From: a virus
Taxonomy: Duplodnaviria; Caudoviricetes
DNA length: 32,505 nt
Virus record (IMG/VR): IMGVR_UViG_3300033076_000870
Location: 1 to 32,505 of that record
Reading direction: 5' to 3' (one strand)
Shown in pieces: positions 31,577 through 32,505 of this stretch (the first letter of the stretch is position 1; the number at the start of each line of letters is the position of its first letter). The position numbers and the translations under genes are program-made. The notes under the pieces were generated by a model that was given only the letters and a program-made list of their open reading frames with translations, made no database searches and was not told the DNA's origin.

Positions 31577-32505
31577 GCATCAACATCGACAACATGTCCC
31601 TTGCGGACGTCCTGAAAATCCTCCCGAGCCTCTCGGAGTCGGATCAGCGGGTGTTGGAGGCTCAGCTTGCAAAGCTTGAAGAGCTCAAAGGACGGGAACT
31701 TTGTCAGGACAAGTTCATCAAGTTCGTGGAAAAGGTCTGGCCGACGTTTATTGCGGGCCGTCACCACAAGCGCATGGCCGAAGCGTTTGAGCGAGTGGCG
31801 CGCGGGGAGTGCAAACGGCTGATTATCAACATGCCGCCACGTCATACCAAGTCAGAATTCGCCTCTTACCTGCTCCCAGCTTGGTTTTTGGGGAAATTTC
31901 CGCACAAAAAAGTCATTCAGACGTCCCATACAGCCGAATTGGCGGTGGGTTTTGGTCGAAAAGTGCGTAACTTGGTGGACACAGAGCAGTATCACGACAT
32001 TTTTCCTGAGTTGGGACTGCAATCTGACTCAAAAGCGGCTGGCCGGTGGAACACATCCAAGGGCGGTGACTATTTTGCGATCGGTGTGGGTGGTGCGGTG
32101 ACCGGTAAGGGTGCCGACTTGCTCATCATTGACGACCCGCACTCAGAACAAGAGGCTGCGATGGCTGCCACCAACCCAGAAGTCTATGACAAGGTGTATG
32201 AGTGGTACACGTCAGGCCCACGTCAGCGTCTACAACCCGGTGGTGCGATCGTCATCGTGATGACGCGCTGGGCGCAAAGAGATTTAACAGGACAGGTGCT
32301 TAAAAATGCAGCGTTACGTGGTGAAACGGACTGGGAAGTCATTGAGTTTCCGGCGATCCTGCCCTCTGGCAACCCGCTTTGGCCTGAGTTCTGGAGCATG
32401 GGGGAGCTTTCTGCGCTACGCGAGGAATTGCCGAACGCGAAGTGGCAAGCGCAGTATCAGCAAAACCCAGTGGGTAATGAGAGCGCGATTGTTAAACGTG
32501 ATTGG
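31573..32505 (+). CDS. terL: terminase large subunit (N-terminal ATPase part, truncated by the window end; not in the ORF track)
   Basis: MSINIDN...; RLIINMPPRHTKS (Walker A), GVGGAVTGKGADLLIIDDP (Walker B), MTRW, LWPEFW, AQYQQNP. Confidence 0.93.
   Translation, partial: MSINIDNMSLADVLKILPSLSESDQRVLEAQLAKLEELKGRELCQDKFIKFVEKVWPTFIAGRHHKRMAEAFERVARGECKRLIINMPPRHTKSEFASYLLPAWFLGKFPHKKVIQTSHTAELAVGFGRKVRNLVDTEQYHDIFPELGLQSDSKAAGRWNTSKGGDYFAIGVGGAVTGKGADLLIIDDPHSEQEAAMAATNPEVYDKVYEWYTSGPRQRLQPGGAIVIVMTRWAQRDLTGQVLKNAALRGETDWEVIEFPAILPSGNPLWPEFWSMGELSALREELPNAKWQAQYQQNPVGNESAIVKRDW

Noticed and set aside
31093-31845. 250-aa - strand ORF
   Set aside because: It is antisense to terS/terL, which have clear motifs.
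1-32505. tRNA, rRNA, integrase, reverse transcriptase/DGR, introns or inteins
   Set aside because: I recognised no such signatures by eye, and the polymerase, helicase and the visible part of the terminase appear uninterrupted. A tRNAscan/Infernal run would be needed to exclude small RNAs.

Overview
This is a 32.5-kb segment of a tailed dsDNA phage genome (Caudoviricetes); no integrase or cI-type repressor is visible. From left to right it contains: the 3' end of a + strand gene (1-339); a long leftward (- strand) replication block (AEP primase-DUF927 helicase, XRE HTH, SSB-like protein, SNF2 helicase, PD-(D/E)XK exonuclease, family-A DNA polymerase with Leu762, VRR-NUC, DUF3310); about 17 kb of leftward 'early' accessory genes (a MoxR-type AAA ATPase, a metallopeptidase-VWA protein, a DUF3150-like protein, HNH and GIY-YIG endonucleases, and families of small paralogous ORFs) driven by near-consensus sigma70 promoters; an origin-like inverted-repeat region (29.4-29.7 kb); a C-tract-rich divergent intergenic region; and the rightward terminase small and large subunits (the large one truncated). 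The most striking unexplained feature is about 20 copies of a short palindrome in two spacing variants, CTAACA-W-TGTTAG and TCTGACA-WW-TGTCAGA. These are confined to 12.4-30.5 kb and strongly polarised. They sit exactly on stop/start codon junctions, beside promoters, and inside genes in several reading frames. Product calls come from motif recognition by eye, with no database searches. Several starts were re-assigned using RBS and overlap logic.
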